A DNA stretch of 64,000 bases from an uncultured Pseudomonadota bacterium (lineage in GTDB: Bacteria > Oederibacteriota > Muellerivitia > Muellerivitales > Muellerivitaceae), in NCBI GenBank assembly GCA_963770835.1, contig CAVYRH010000020.1:1-64000 (forward strand), written 5' to 3'. A program made the translations under genes and the position numbers. Below are positions 46,337 to 56,717 of the stretch, in pieces (positions within the stretch are counted from its first letter, which is position 1; each line of letters starts with the position of its first letter). The notes under the pieces are model-generated. The model made no database searches. It was not told the DNA's origin and saw only the letters and a list, made by a program, of their open reading frames with translations.

Positions 46337-47629
46337 ATGAAAAAAAGTCAACCTACCGCGCCCCGTAAAACCAAAAACCAAAATCAAAAAGGCTGGTGGC
46401 GCCCCATCGCCGCGTTCCTGGCGGTCATGGGCCCGGGCCTCATCGTCATGCAGGCGGATACCGAGGCCGGCAGCATTACGACGGCGGCGGTCGCCGGCGC
46501 CCAATACAGCTACCTTCTGGTGGGACTCCTCCTAGTCCTGGCCTTGCCCCTTTATGTCGTCCAGGAAATGACCGCTCGCCTCGGGTCCGTCACCGGGAAG
46601 GGTCATGCCTACCTCATCCGCCAAAAATACGGCTTGAAATGGGCCTGGTTTTCCCTGGCCATCCTCTTCGTCTGCAACGTGGCAGCGCTGGTGACCGAGT
46701 TTGCCGGAATTCTGAGTGCGGCCCGTATCGCCCATATCCCCCCGGCCGTGTCCGTAAGCGTTTCGGCCCTTCTCCTTTTATTCGTCGTCATGACCGGTTC
46801 CTACCGCAAGGCCGAATATATCGCCCTGGTTTTCTGCGCCGCGGACTTGCTTTTCATACCGGCGGCATTCATGGCCCATCCGGATTGGGGGGAAGTCAGC
46901 CGGAGCCTTTTCGTCATCCCCACCCATTCCATCACCCGCGATTTTATCCTGGTGGTCATCGGCCTCATTGGGGCGGTAATCATGCCCTGGATGATCTATT
47001 ACCAGCAAAGCGCGGTGGTCGACAAGCGATTGACAGCGAAGGACATTCCCATGGAGCGGCTGGAAACGGGGATCGGGGCGGTGATCACCGAACTGATCAT
47101 GGCCTTCATCGTTATAGCAACCGCGGCCACACTCTATGTCCGCCACATATCGATTAACGACGCGGCCCAAGCCGCCAGCGCCTTGATGCCCCTGGCCGGC
47201 CAATATGCCGGCGCCTTTTTCGCCATTGGTTTGATCAGCGCGGCTTTCTTGGGCGCTTTCGTCGTCGCGCTTTCCACCGCCTGGGCTTTCGGCGAAACTT
47301 TCGGGTGGCCTCACAGCCTGAATTTTCGCCTCCAGAAAGCCAAACGCTTTTATTCCCTTTACGCGGCGGGAGTCGTGATCGCGGCGCTCATTGTCTTGAT
47401 CCCAAACATTCCCCTAGTAACCATTACGGTCATCGTGGAGGCGGGAAACGCCTTATTGCTCCCGATTGTTTTGATCTTCCTGCTTTTGCTGACCAATGAC
47501 CGGAAACTATTGGGTGAACACGTCAATCGCTGGCCCTCCAACCTTTTAGCCATTACAACCGGAGCCGTCATCATTCTGTTGGGGCTATTGTCCGTTGTCT
47601 TGACCTTCTTTCCGAACTGCATTCCTTAA
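46337..47629 (+). CDS. NRAMP-family divalent metal transporter (NRMT/Mg2+-type clade)
   Basis: GPGLIVMQADTEAGS, VQEMTARLG, GAVIMPWMIYYQQS; ~11 TM. Confidence 0.88.
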   Translation: MKKSQPTAPRKTKNQNQKGWWRPIAAFLAVMGPGLIVMQADTEAGSITTAAVAGAQYSYLLVGLLLVLALPLYVVQEMTARLGSVTGKGHAYLIRQKYGLKWAWFSLAILFVCNVAALVTEFAGILSAARIAHIPPAVSVSVSALLLLFVVMTGSYRKAEYIALVFCAADLLFIPAAFMAHPDWGEVSRSLFVIPTHSITRDFILVVIGLIGAVIMPWMIYYQQSAVVDKRLTAKDIPMERLETGIGAVITELIMAFIVIATAATLYVRHISINDAAQAASALMPLAGQYAGAFFAIGLISAAFLGAFVVALSTAWAFGETFGWPHSLNFRLQKAKRFYSLYAAGVVIAALIVLIPNIPLVTITVIVEAGNALLLPIVLIFLLLLTNDRKLLGEHVNRWPSNLLAITTGAVIILLGLLSVVLTFFPNCIP

Positions 47630-47788
47630 CGCTGTTTTTCCCTTTGGATTTGTGCCTTCTGCTAAACAAGCCACAATTAAGGCTATTGTTTGTTGAGGGT
47701 TTTTCTTTTTCCCTGATTTAACCTGACTGCCCATTCCACCCCACTTCCCTCCGGCCTAAATTAATAACATCAAATCAAAAGGAACCCT

Positions 47789-47986
47789 ATGGCGACCGAA
47801 GTCAAATTCATCCCCAAGATCAAGATCCTCAACAACTACCAATACAACGCTATTTCGGAATTAACAGAGTTGATGTGGCGTTGTTCCAAGTGCGGGCAAC
47901 TGATCCACCGCAAGGAAGGCCTACCGGAGAAGTGCCCATCCTGTTCCGCCCCTCAACGCGAATTCGCCCTCGTGGACGAAGACTAA
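47789..47986 (+). CDS. Rubredoxin-like small protein
   Basis: WRCSKCG..PEKCPSCSAP..F. Confidence 0.8.
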   Translation: MATEVKFIPKIKILNNYQYNAISELTELMWRCSKCGQLIHRKEGLPEKCPSCSAPQREFALVDED

Positions 47987-48032
47987 CCTCCCCTGACTTA
48001 GAACCTGTTTCAAAACCCCTAACGACAAAGAT

Positions 48033-48111
48033 TTTCAACGCAGAGACGCAAAGTTAAACATTGTTTTAAAAACCTTTAAATTTCGCCTTTCTCCGCGTCT
48101 CTGCGGTGAAA
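48033..48111. repeat. Long imperfect intergenic palindrome (REP-like)
   Basis: TTTCAACGCAGAGACGCAAAG versus CTCCGCGTCTCTGCGGTGAAA. Confidence 0.7.
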
Positions 48112-48318
48112 TAGGTTTTATTTCCTTCCCTTTTGTGCAAATCCCCCTGGATTAAACTGTTTTATAGCCCTTTCCCCGATTGAACCCCCAAAGCTTTTCC
48201 CAAACAAACTTAACAAGCCTACTTCCGATTTAATTAAAATGTCGGCGTCTTCCTAACCCCCCAGTTAAAAGCGGCCCTGAGAAGCCGTCAAAACAACGCC
48301 TCGGAAAGGCCCGCCATC

Positions 48319-50688
48319 ATGATGCAAGGTCTCTCATCTTTCGAGCAAGCCGCCCTTTGGGTCATCTGCGCCATTTCACTTTTGGCGGTGGCTTATGCCT
48401 TTTACCTGCGGACCCTGGTTTTGAGGGAGCCGACGGGCGACCGGGAGATGAAAAAAATCTGGCTGGCCATCAGCTATGGCGCCAAGGCCTACCTCAAGCA
48501 ACAGTTGCAACGGATACTCCCCATCATGGTCCTCTTGGCGATAGCCCTTTTCTTTTCCGTCTATGTCATCCCTCCCTCCCGCGAGGCCCTCGAAAGATTC
48601 GCGGTCCTTACCCCGGACGGGGTTAAGGTCGCCATCGGCCTTGCCCGCGTGATCGCCTTCGGCATGGGGTCCCTCTTTTCCCTCGCCGTCGGCCAGATCG
48701 GCATGCGCATGGCGGTGAAAGCCAATGTGCGGGTCACCCAGGCCGCCCGGAAAGGTTTTGCAGAATCCTTCCACACCGCCCACCGCGCCGGGGCCGTCAC
48801 CGGCATGCTCACCATCGGCCTGGGTCTCCTGGGCCCCACCATCGTCTTCATGGTCCTTGGCACCGCCGCTCCGGACGCACTATTAGGTTTTGGCTTCGGC
48901 GGCACCCTGGTGGCGCTCTTCATGAGGGTGGGGGGCGGCATCTACACCAAGGCGGCCGACGTGGGCGCGGACCTGGTGGGCAAGGTAGAAGCGGGCATCC
49001 CCGAGGATGACCCCCGCAATCCCGCCGTCATCGCCGACTTGGTGGGCGACAATGTGGGCGACTGCGCGGGAATGGCAGCGGACATCTTCGAGTCCTACGG
49101 GGTCACCATCATCTCAGTCCTCATGTTGGGTATCGCCTTGTTCGAGCTGACCCATCAGATGGCTTGGATCCTCTATCCCCTCATGGTGCTCGCCAGCGGG
49201 GTTTTCACTTCCATCCTCGGCGGCATCATGGTGCGGGCCAAGGAAAAGGGAAAATCGAAGGAGAACGCCCTTATTCCCGTGGTCCGGGGTTTCGTCATTT
49301 CGGCCCTGGGCTCCATTATTCTCTCGGCCGCCATCGGGGCCTACTACCTTCAATCCTCCCCCGGCGGATGGTGGCGCCCTTGTTTTTGCGTTTCCTTGGG
49401 GACAGTCCTCGTGGTGGTCCTGTTCGTGTTGACTCGTTATTTCACCGAGGTTTCCGCCGCACCGGTCAACGACATCAAGGAATCCACCCGCACCGGCCCC
49501 GCCACCGTCATCATTACCGGCCTTTCGGTGGGCTTTGAGTCCGCGGCCTGGTCGCTTTTGATCGTGGCTTTCATCCTGGTGGTTTCCTACGCCATCTTCG
49601 GCACCCTTTCTTCCCTTCCCCTCTCCGACCGGCTTATTTACACCCTTTACGGCATCGCCCTGACCGGGGTCGGTATGATGGCCCTGACCGGGGACAACCT
49701 GGCCATGGATTCCTTCGGACCCATCGCCGACAACGCCAACGGCATCGGCGAAATGGCCTGGACCAAACGCAAGGACGCGAAAACCATCACGGCCCGGCGC
49801 ATCATGAACAGCCTGGACGAGGCGGGCAACACCACCAAGGCCATCACCAAGGGCGTGGCCATCGGCTCGGCGGTCATCGCGGCGGTTTCCCTGTTCGGAA
49901 CCTATATCGTGGAAGTCAGTATCGTCCAGGCCCGCGTGGGGATTCCGCTGGCCGAACAGCTGGCCTCGGTGGGAATCCGCATTTCCATCCCCAAGGTCTT
50001 GGTGGGCATGCTCCTGGGCGGGCTCCTGCCCTTTCTTTTCTCATCCTTCGCCTTGAAGGCTGTGGGCCGCGCGGCTTCCAAGATCGTGGAGGAGGTTCGG
50101 CGGCAGTTCAAGGCCGGCGCCTTGAGCGGCAAGGTCAAGCCGGATTACTACAAGATCGTCCAGCTTTGCACCCTCGCGGCCCAGCGGGAACTCTTGCCCA
50201 TGGCGCTCCTGGTGGTGTTGACCCCCATCTTGGTGGGCATTCTTTTACAAGTGGAGGCCCTGGGGGCCTTTTCGGCCGGCGCCATCCTTTCCGGCCAGCT
50301 TTTGGCCGTCTTCATGGCCAACGCAGGCGGAGCCTGGGATAACGCCAAGAAAGCCATCGAGGACGAGCCCCGGGACCCGGCCCATAACCTGGGCAAGGGC
50401 TCCGAGCGGCATAAGGCCAGCGTGGTGGGCGATACGGTTGGCGACCCCCTAAAGGACACGGCAGGCCCAGCCTTGAACCCCATGATCAAGGTGGTCAACC
50501 TGGTTTCGGTCATCATCGCGCCCATTTTGGCGCGCTACACCGAATGGAGCACGGGAAGCTGGGCGATCGTGGCGGGCATCCTGGTCATCCTGGCTGGCTG
50601 CTACCACCAGAGCACCAAGTCGGTGTCGGGGCAGTGGAGGCACACCATCCGCCACAGCCTGGGCGGGTGGATAAAAAACCGGCAATAA
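48319..50688 (+). CDS. hppA: Membrane-bound ion-translocating pyrophosphatase, K+-independent type
   Basis: RVGGGIYTKAADVGADLVGKVE, DDPRNPAVIAD, GNTTKA (Lys at the K+-dependence site), GGAWDNAKK, GDTVGDPLKD. Confidence 0.95.
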   Translation: MMQGLSSFEQAALWVICAISLLAVAYAFYLRTLVLREPTGDREMKKIWLAISYGAKAYLKQQLQRILPIMVLLAIALFFSVYVIPPSREALERFAVLTPDGVKVAIGLARVIAFGMGSLFSLAVGQIGMRMAVKANVRVTQAARKGFAESFHTAHRAGAVTGMLTIGLGLLGPTIVFMVLGTAAPDALLGFGFGGTLVALFMRVGGGIYTKAADVGADLVGKVEAGIPEDDPRNPAVIADLVGDNVGDCAGMAADIFESYGVTIISVLMLGIALFELTHQMAWILYPLMVLASGVFTSILGGIMVRAKEKGKSKENALIPVVRGFVISALGSIILSAAIGAYYLQSSPGGWWRPCFCVSLGTVLVVVLFVLTRYFTEVSAAPVNDIKESTRTGPATVIITGLSVGFESAAWSLLIVAFILVVSYAIFGTLSSLPLSDRLIYTLYGIALTGVGMMALTGDNLAMDSFGPIADNANGIGEMAWTKRKDAKTITARRIMNSLDEAGNTTKAITKGVAIGSAVIAAVSLFGTYIVEVSIVQARVGIPLAEQLASVGIRISIPKVLVGMLLGGLLPFLFSSFALKAVGRAASKIVEEVRRQFKAGALSGKVKPDYYKIVQLCTLAAQRELLPMALLVVLTPILVGILLQVEALGAFSAGAILSGQLLAVFMANAGGAWDNAKKAIEDEPRDPAHNLGKGSERHKASVVGDTVGDPLKDTAGPALNPMIKVVNLVSVIIAPILARYTEWSTGSWAIVAGILVILAGCYHQSTKSVSGQWRHTIRHSLGGWIKNRQ

Positions 50689-50729
50689 CAATAATAAAAA
50701 AATTCTCTACACGGCTTCTAAGCTGCCGA

Positions 50730-52526
50730 TTAATTCTCTAGTTTGGATATTCGGGATATTTTTTGAAGAAACTCCCGGGGAGTCAAAAACCCTACCCCCC
50801 TTAAGTCTTTTCTTTCCTGGCCATCGGGCCCCAAGAAAACCAGCGTGGGAACGCCCATGATGCCGTAGGTCTTTTTCACCTCCTCCACGGGCGCGGAGGA
50901 ATATTGGGTGAGGTCGGCCTTCAGGAGAACCCAGCTTTTCAGGGCCTCATGCACCTGGGGGTCGGAAAAAGTTTTGATTTCCAATTCCTTGCAGGGCAGG
51001 CACCATCCCGCTGAGAAATCCACAAAAACTGGCTTCCCTTCCTTTTGGGCCTCCTGGAGCAAAGCGGGGTCGTAGTTCTGGAAGGGCAGTTCCACCGGCT
51101 GCGGCCAAGCCTGGTAAACCAAAAGCCCGAAGGCGACCAGTACGATTCCAAAAGCGTGCTGGAATAGCTTGAACCCCGGGGTCACTCCCTTGCCCGAGAA
51201 AACCCAACCCAGCAGTACGCCACAAACCAAAAGATAAGTTGGTACAGCGTAATGGCTGAAGTCCTTGGAGAGGATCGAGTTCAAAAAATAAAGCGGCATC
51301 CCAAAGAGTATCAACCCGAAAATCTTCTTCACCCACACCATCCACATGCCCGACTTGGGCAGGCGCTGGATCTCGGTGGAAAAGAATCCCAGCCAGACAT
51401 AGGGGAAACCCAGCCCTAGGGAGAGCGTGAAAAACATGATGAAACCCAGGAAGGGGTTGGCCTTGGCGGCCACGAAAGTCAGGAGGCCGATGGAAAAGGG
51501 GTCCACGCAAGGGGCGGCCACAATACCGAAGACCAGCCCCATGCCCAGGGCGCCCAGCCATCCTTGGGTGTTGGTGGAGGCGATCTTGTTGAGCAGCCAG
51601 GCGGGGGCTTGTATCTCGTAAAGACCGAACATCGAAAAGGAGAGGACGACCAGCACGGCCGAAATGCCGGCCAAAACCAAGGGCGACTGAAGGGTGGAAC
51701 CCAGGATCTTCCCCGTCATAGCCGCCGTGACGCCCAAGGAGGAATAAGTGATGGAGATGCCCACCACATAAGCGACCGCCCTTCCCAGGATCACGCCCGC
51801 TTTCTCTGCCCTCTGGTTTCCAAAATAAGAAATGGTCAATGGAATCATGGGGTAAACGCAGGGCGTCAAGTTGAGGGCCAGGCCGCCGAGGAAAATCAAA
51901 ACGAAGGTCAGGAGGAGGCCGTTGGCCTTGATGTATTTGGCGATGATGTTTTCCTGGGGTTCGGTTCCACCCTGGGAGGCCAGGTTGTTTTGGAACAGCT
52001 CCGGGTGGAACGGCGCCACGGGCTGGTTTAAGTTCGCCACCTCCACCGAAATCGTCACGAGTATCACGGCCGGGGCCAAGCAGACCTGGTTGTTGCAGGC
52101 CTGGACCCGGAGGTTCAGGGGGATGGAGAGGTTTCCCTTGGGGGTGTCGGGCCCCAATTGAACATCGGCGAAAAGGGTGGCCGCTTCCTGGTAAACAGGA
52201 AAAGCCTGGCCTACACCGCCCAGGGCTTCGGATTTTCCCTGGGGATACCGCGGCGCCCCGGAAAGTGAGGCGGGCGAACCAATGGCGGCCGTTAGTTCCA
52301 CCGGGATAAAACCTTCCGGCAGGCCCTCGTGGGCGTTCACGTGCCAGCCCTTCTTAATTTGCAGGACGACCGCGGCGGTAAAAAGAGTTCCGGGGTGGAG
52401 GGGTTTTAAGGAAGGATAGGCCTGGGCCTGCACCACCTGGGCGCTGTTGGCCGAAAGGCCCTCTTGGGCAACAGCCCCGCTGAGGGGAAACAAAAGGAAG
52501 ATGCCCAATAGCCAGTGGAATTTCAT
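50730..52526 (-). CDS. dsbD: Thiol:disulfide interchange protein DsbD
   Basis: Alpha domain QACNNQVCL, TM domain TPCVYPMIP and APCVDP, thioredoxin WCLPC. Confidence 0.92.
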   Translation of the reverse strand: MKFHWLLGIFLLFPLSGAVAQEGLSANSAQVVQAQAYPSLKPLHPGTLFTAAVVLQIKKGWHVNAHEGLPEGFIPVELTAAIGSPASLSGAPRYPQGKSEALGGVGQAFPVYQEAATLFADVQLGPDTPKGNLSIPLNLRVQACNNQVCLAPAVILVTISVEVANLNQPVAPFHPELFQNNLASQGGTEPQENIIAKYIKANGLLLTFVLIFLGGLALNLTPCVYPMIPLTISYFGNQRAEKAGVILGRAVAYVVGISITYSSLGVTAAMTGKILGSTLQSPLVLAGISAVLVVLSFSMFGLYEIQAPAWLLNKIASTNTQGWLGALGMGLVFGIVAAPCVDPFSIGLLTFVAAKANPFLGFIMFFTLSLGLGFPYVWLGFFSTEIQRLPKSGMWMVWVKKIFGLILFGMPLYFLNSILSKDFSHYAVPTYLLVCGVLLGWVFSGKGVTPGFKLFQHAFGIVLVAFGLLVYQAWPQPVELPFQNYDPALLQEAQKEGKPVFVDFSAGWCLPCKELEIKTFSDPQVHEALKSWVLLKADLTQYSSAPVEEVKKTYGIMGVPTLVFLGPDGQERKDLRGVGFLTPREFLQKISRISKLEN

Positions 52527-52577
52527 CGTGATTCCCATTACCCGTTTTTCCCGCGGAAGGTTACCCTTCCCGCCCAT

Positions 52578-52615
52578 AAAAAAAGCCCCAAAGCGGGAAA
52601 ACCGCTGAAGGGCTT
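52578..52615 (-). terminator. Rho-independent terminator after the LacI gene
   Basis: AAGCCC..AGCGG/CCGCT..GGGGCTTTTTTT on the minus strand. Confidence 0.6.
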
Positions 52616-52646
52616 ATTTTAGACGCCCGAGATGGGCAATCGGGAC

Positions 52647-53663
52647 TTAATTGATCTTCCGGGTGGATTCCCTTTCCATCAGTTCGGCCTGGAGCGTGGT
52701 GGCTTTCTCCTCCAGGGGTTCCTCGGCGATGATCTGGAACATCTTTTGCGCCGCCAGTTTTCCCATTTCATAGGCGGAGAAAGCCACGGTGGTCAGTGGC
52801 GGATCGTGGTAGACGGCCTCTTCCATGTTGTCGAACCCAATAATGGATATATCCTGAGGCACGGAAACGCCTTTTTCTTTCAGGGCCCGGACCGCGCCGA
52901 TGGCCATCAAGTCGCTGGCGCAAATGATGGCGCTGGGGCGGCGTACCGCCGAGATGATCTTCAGGGCCGCCTTGTATCCCCCTTCTTCCTCGTAATCGCC
53001 GTCGGCGGCCCATTCGTTTTGGAACTCCAACTTATGCTCGGCCAGGTTTTCTTGGAATGACTGGAAACGCTCCAGGGCGTTGGTGGTGGTCATTTTCCCG
53101 TTGATGATGCCGATGCGCTCATGGCCCAATTGGACCAGGTGGTCGACAGCCTTTTTGACCCCCCCGCGATTGTCAAACCCGACATAGGGCAGGTCTTCCT
53201 GGCCGGTGATCTTGCCGTTGACCAGCACGAAGGGCACGTTCGCCTCCACGAGGTCCCGGATGGAGGCGTCCGTGGACCAGGCGTTCAGAACGAACATTCC
53301 GTCCACGCTACCGTCGCCAAGGAGGGTGCGGTAAGAAACCTGTGCCCGGGCCGTTTCGTTCAAGGGATGCAAAAGAAGGCGGTATTGCTTTTCGGCGGCC
53401 ACTTCCTCCAGACCTTCCATGATGCTGGTGAAAAAAGGGCTATGGAAAATGGACGTGTGGTGCGGGGCGATGACGCCGCAAATCCGGGAATGCTTCTGTC
53501 TTAAACGGCGGGCGTGGGCCTGGGGTTTGTAATGCAGGTCCTTGATGGCGACCAAAACCTTCTTGCGGCAGTCCTCGCTGACCCATTTCTTGTTGTTGAG
53601 AACCCTCGAAACGGTTCCAATGGTCACTCCCGCTCTTTTGGCGACGTCCTTGATGGTTGCCAC
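52647..53663 (-). CDS. LacI family transcriptional regulator
   Basis: TIKDVAKRAGVTIGTVSRVLN HTH; LGHERIG; SIIGFDN; PPLTTV; GTG start after GGGAGGA. Confidence 0.95.
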   Translation of the reverse strand: MATIKDVAKRAGVTIGTVSRVLNNKKWVSEDCRKKVLVAIKDLHYKPQAHARRLRQKHSRICGVIAPHHTSIFHSPFFTSIMEGLEEVAAEKQYRLLLHPLNETARAQVSYRTLLGDGSVDGMFVLNAWSTDASIRDLVEANVPFVLVNGKITGQEDLPYVGFDNRGGVKKAVDHLVQLGHERIGIINGKMTTTNALERFQSFQENLAEHKLEFQNEWAADGDYEEEGGYKAALKIISAVRRPSAIICASDLMAIGAVRALKEKGVSVPQDISIIGFDNMEEAVYHDPPLTTVAFSAYEMGKLAAQKMFQIIAEEPLEEKATTLQAELMERESTRKIN

Positions 53664-53901
53664 TTTATCCTCCCTGGTTAGTTTTATGGATTGGCGCAAA
53701 TCCGGCTTAAAGTTTTAAAAAGCTATTTGATTCCGGCTGAAAACGATCCATGTCGAAGTCAATTTCTGGCAAATTTTAACCAGTTTTCAATGGGAATTAC
53801 CAGGGCAAAGCCATTCAGGAATTTGGGACATCTTCGAAATCTTTCAGGCATGTCAGCATTTTGGGCAATCAAGAAATTAATCTTTTTAACGGTACAACGG
53901 G

Positions 53902-54894
53902 TCAAGTTTTGGGCGAAAGGCGGACCGAGAGCTCCCCCAACGAAAAGTTGATCGAATAAACCCCTTGTTTGTCCGGCTGCAGGCTCCGGCCCCCTTGCAA
54001 CACTTTCATAACATTTGAATCCGTTGCGGCGGAAGGATTGAACCGGACCTTCAACAAAACAGGGTCCGGAAAATGGTCCGGAACTTTCCAGGTCCAATTT
54101 TTTTCGGGGCCGGATTCATGGACTGCGACCTTCTCAAAAATCTTTTCGGCGCGGAAATAGCACCCCACTTCCAAAAAAGTCCCCACCCAAATGTCCTTCG
54201 ATTGAAGGTAGTCCAATAGGCCCTCGAAGTTCTTCTTCGAGATCGGTTCCCAACCGGATTTCGTCCCTTCCAAACCGTGGATCACCCAAACTAGCCATCC
54301 CCCTTTTTTATTATCGGCGTCGACCCATTTTTTGTAGGTGGAAAGGGGGGTGTCCGTCAGGGTTCCCCGGGCGGGAATATTCAGCCAATCCGGATTCTGG
54401 TCCGGCGTTAACTCATAGTTTTCGGCGTAACCGCCCCTGGCCAAAAGATGAGTGCTTTCCACCCATTTCCTCAGGCCCGGGGAAATTTCAACGAAAGGAT
54501 AGGCGAAGGTATAAACGGTGACCCCAAACTCCTTTTGCAGGACGTGCTGGGCGCCTTCCACTTGGGATTGTTCGTCATTGGGAGTCAAATCCTTGGCGTG
54601 TTTATGGTCCAACGTGTGGTTGCCGATTTCATGGCCCGCGGCCAGAATTTTCCGCCAGTCGTCTTTCCGGACGATTTGGTTGGCAATCAGGAAGAAAGTG
54701 CCGTGCATGTTGCGCCGGTTGAGCTCCGGCACCGCCACATCCAGATGGGAAGGGTCGCCGTCGTCGAAGGTCAGGGAAGTCGCGGCCTTGTGCCCGTTCC
54801 AGGGAAGCACTTTGACGTCGGGGAAAACCTCCCCAGCCCAAAGCGTGGATGCACCCAGTAAAAGGCCCCCTATCAAAAAAAACCGGAATTTCAC
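53902..54894 (-). CDS. Secreted polysaccharide deacetylase (NodB-like)
   Basis: SLTFDDG, GHEIGNHTLDH, FAYPF. Confidence 0.88.
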   Translation of the reverse strand: MKFRFFLIGGLLLGASTLWAGEVFPDVKVLPWNGHKAATSLTFDDGDPSHLDVAVPELNRRNMHGTFFLIANQIVRKDDWRKILAAGHEIGNHTLDHKHAKDLTPNDEQSQVEGAQHVLQKEFGVTVYTFAYPFVEISPGLRKWVESTHLLARGGYAENYELTPDQNPDWLNIPARGTLTDTPLSTYKKWVDADNKKGGWLVWVIHGLEGTKSGWEPISKKNFEGLLDYLQSKDIWVGTFLEVGCYFRAEKIFEKVAVHESGPEKNWTWKVPDHFPDPVLLKVRFNPSAATDSNVMKVLQGGRSLQPDKQGVYSINFSLGELSVRLSPKT

Positions 54895-54917
54895 TCGCGT
54901 AGTCCCCCGGGTTTTGG

Positions 54918-54955
54918 CAAAAAAATAACCCCGCCGGAGTCTCCCGGCGGGGTTA
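54918..54955 (-). terminator. Rho-independent terminator of amtB-glnK
   Basis: TAACCCCGCCGG/CCGGCGGGGTTA stem followed by a T-run on the minus strand. Confidence 0.85.
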
Positions 54956-54980
54956 GCAGTCTATTATAAAAGTCCTATTT

Positions 54981-55319
54981 TTACAGGGCTTTATCCCCTT
55001 TTTCACCGGTGCGGATACGGATCGCATTAGCAACTGGTGAGATAAAAATCTTCCCATCGCCGATCTCGCCGGTCCGGGTGGACTTGATGATGATGTTGAC
55101 GACTTTGTTCACCTGCTTGTCGCCCACCACCGCCGTCACCACCAGTTTCGGGAGCAGCCCTTCCACGCTTTGCCCCCGGTAGGACTCGGTGATGCCCTTT
55201 TGTTTCCCATGGCCCTGCACCTCGGTCACCGTCACGCCGGGATAGCCAACTGCCTTCAACCCGTCCAAAACCATTCTCAATGCGCTGGGGCGTATGATCG
55301 CTTCAATTTTCTTCATCAT
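54981..55319 (-). CDS. glnK: P-II nitrogen regulatory protein
   Basis: KKIEAIIRP, GHGKQKG, RTGEIGDGKIF, IRIRTGE; directly downstream of amtB. Confidence 0.92.
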   Translation of the reverse strand: MMKKIEAIIRPSALRMVLDGLKAVGYPGVTVTEVQGHGKQKGITESYRGQSVEGLLPKLVVTAVVGDKQVNKVVNIIIKSTRTGEIGDGKIFISPVANAIRIRTGEKGDKAL

Positions 55320-55361
55320 TATTTTGCCTCCTCAAGGTAACTCAATTTTGAATTCCAAGCC

Positions 55362-56717
55362 TTAAATGTGATACCCCTCTTCGCCGTGTTGGGAGAGGTC
55401 CAACCCCAGTTCCTCTTCCTTGGCCGGAACCCTCATGCCGATGGTTTTTTCCACGAGGAAGTAGAGGATGATGGTAACGAGGACAGAATAAACCGCCGTG
55501 GCCGCCACTGTCTTCAACTGAATGAAGAATTGCTCCGGATTGCCCGCGAAAAGTCCGTCCCTGCCGTTGACGGCTTTCAAGGCGAATAAACCGGTCGCCA
55601 AGGCGCCCCAGGTGCCGCCGACGCCGTGGACCCCGAAGGCGTCCAGGGAATCGTCATAGCCCATTTTCACCTTCACTTGGATGGCGCTATAGCAAAGGAT
55701 GCTCACGACAATGCCGATGAGGAGGGAGGCCTTCAAATCCACGAAGCCGCAGGCGGGGGTGATGGCCACCAAGCCCGCCACCGCACCCGAGGCCGCTCCA
55801 AGCGAAGAGGCTTTCCCGTGGTGAAAAAGCTCAATGACGCACCAAGTAATGGCCGCCATGGCGGTGGCCGTGTTGGTGGTCACGAAGGCGTTGCAGGCCA
55901 GGGCATTGGCGGCTCCCGCCGACCCTGCGTTAAACCCGAACCAGCCGAACCAAAGGAGGCTTGCTCCCAAAAGCACCATCGTAAGGTTGTGGGGAATCAT
56001 GGACTCTTTTCCATAGCCCTTCCGGGTCCCCAAAAGCAAAGCCAGGGTCAAGCGCGGAATAACCGGAGGACATATGGACCACCGTTCCACCCGCAAAATC
56101 CAGGGCGTCCTTGAAATAACCGCCGCCCCAAACCCAATGGGCGATGGGATCGTACACGAAGGTGGCCCAAAGGAGGGAGAAGGCAACGAAGCCCTTGAAC
56201 TTCACCCTTTCGGCATAGGCTCCGCAGATGAGGGCGGGCGTGATGATGGCGAACATCGCCTGGAAGATCATGAAGGCATAATGGGGAACAGTCGGCGCCG
56301 CTGGATTCACCGTCGGCATATTGTCGAGGAAAAGCCAGCCCAGCCCCCCCAATAGTTGCTGCCGTTGTTGCCGAAGGCGAGGGAATATCCCCAGATGACC
56401 CACTGGACGCTGATGAGCGCCACCAGGAAAAAGCTCTGTAGGATGGTGGCCATCACGTTCTTCTTACGGACCATGCCGCCGTAGAAGAAGGCTAATCCCG
56501 GCGTCATCAACAGGACCAATGCCGCCGAGGTCAAAACCCAGGCCGTATCCCCGGCGCTGATGGCGGGTGCGGCGGGAGCCACCGGTACAGGTCTTGCCGC
56601 CGAGGCAACCGCCTGTTGGGCCCATACCGATGCCGCAACCAGAAATGAAAAACCGGCCGCGGCCAAGGCGGTTGTTTTCCCATTCAACAAAACCCTCAAA
56701 TTTCCCGAAAATCGCAT
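55362..56717 (-). pseudogene. amtB: Ammonium transporter AmtB with two compensating frameshifts (pseudogene or sequence error)
   Basis: LMTPGLAFFYGG in one frame, [21 protein letters not shown] in a second, [22 protein letters not shown] back in the first; shifts at C7 run 56344..56350 and near 56050. Confidence 0.88.
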
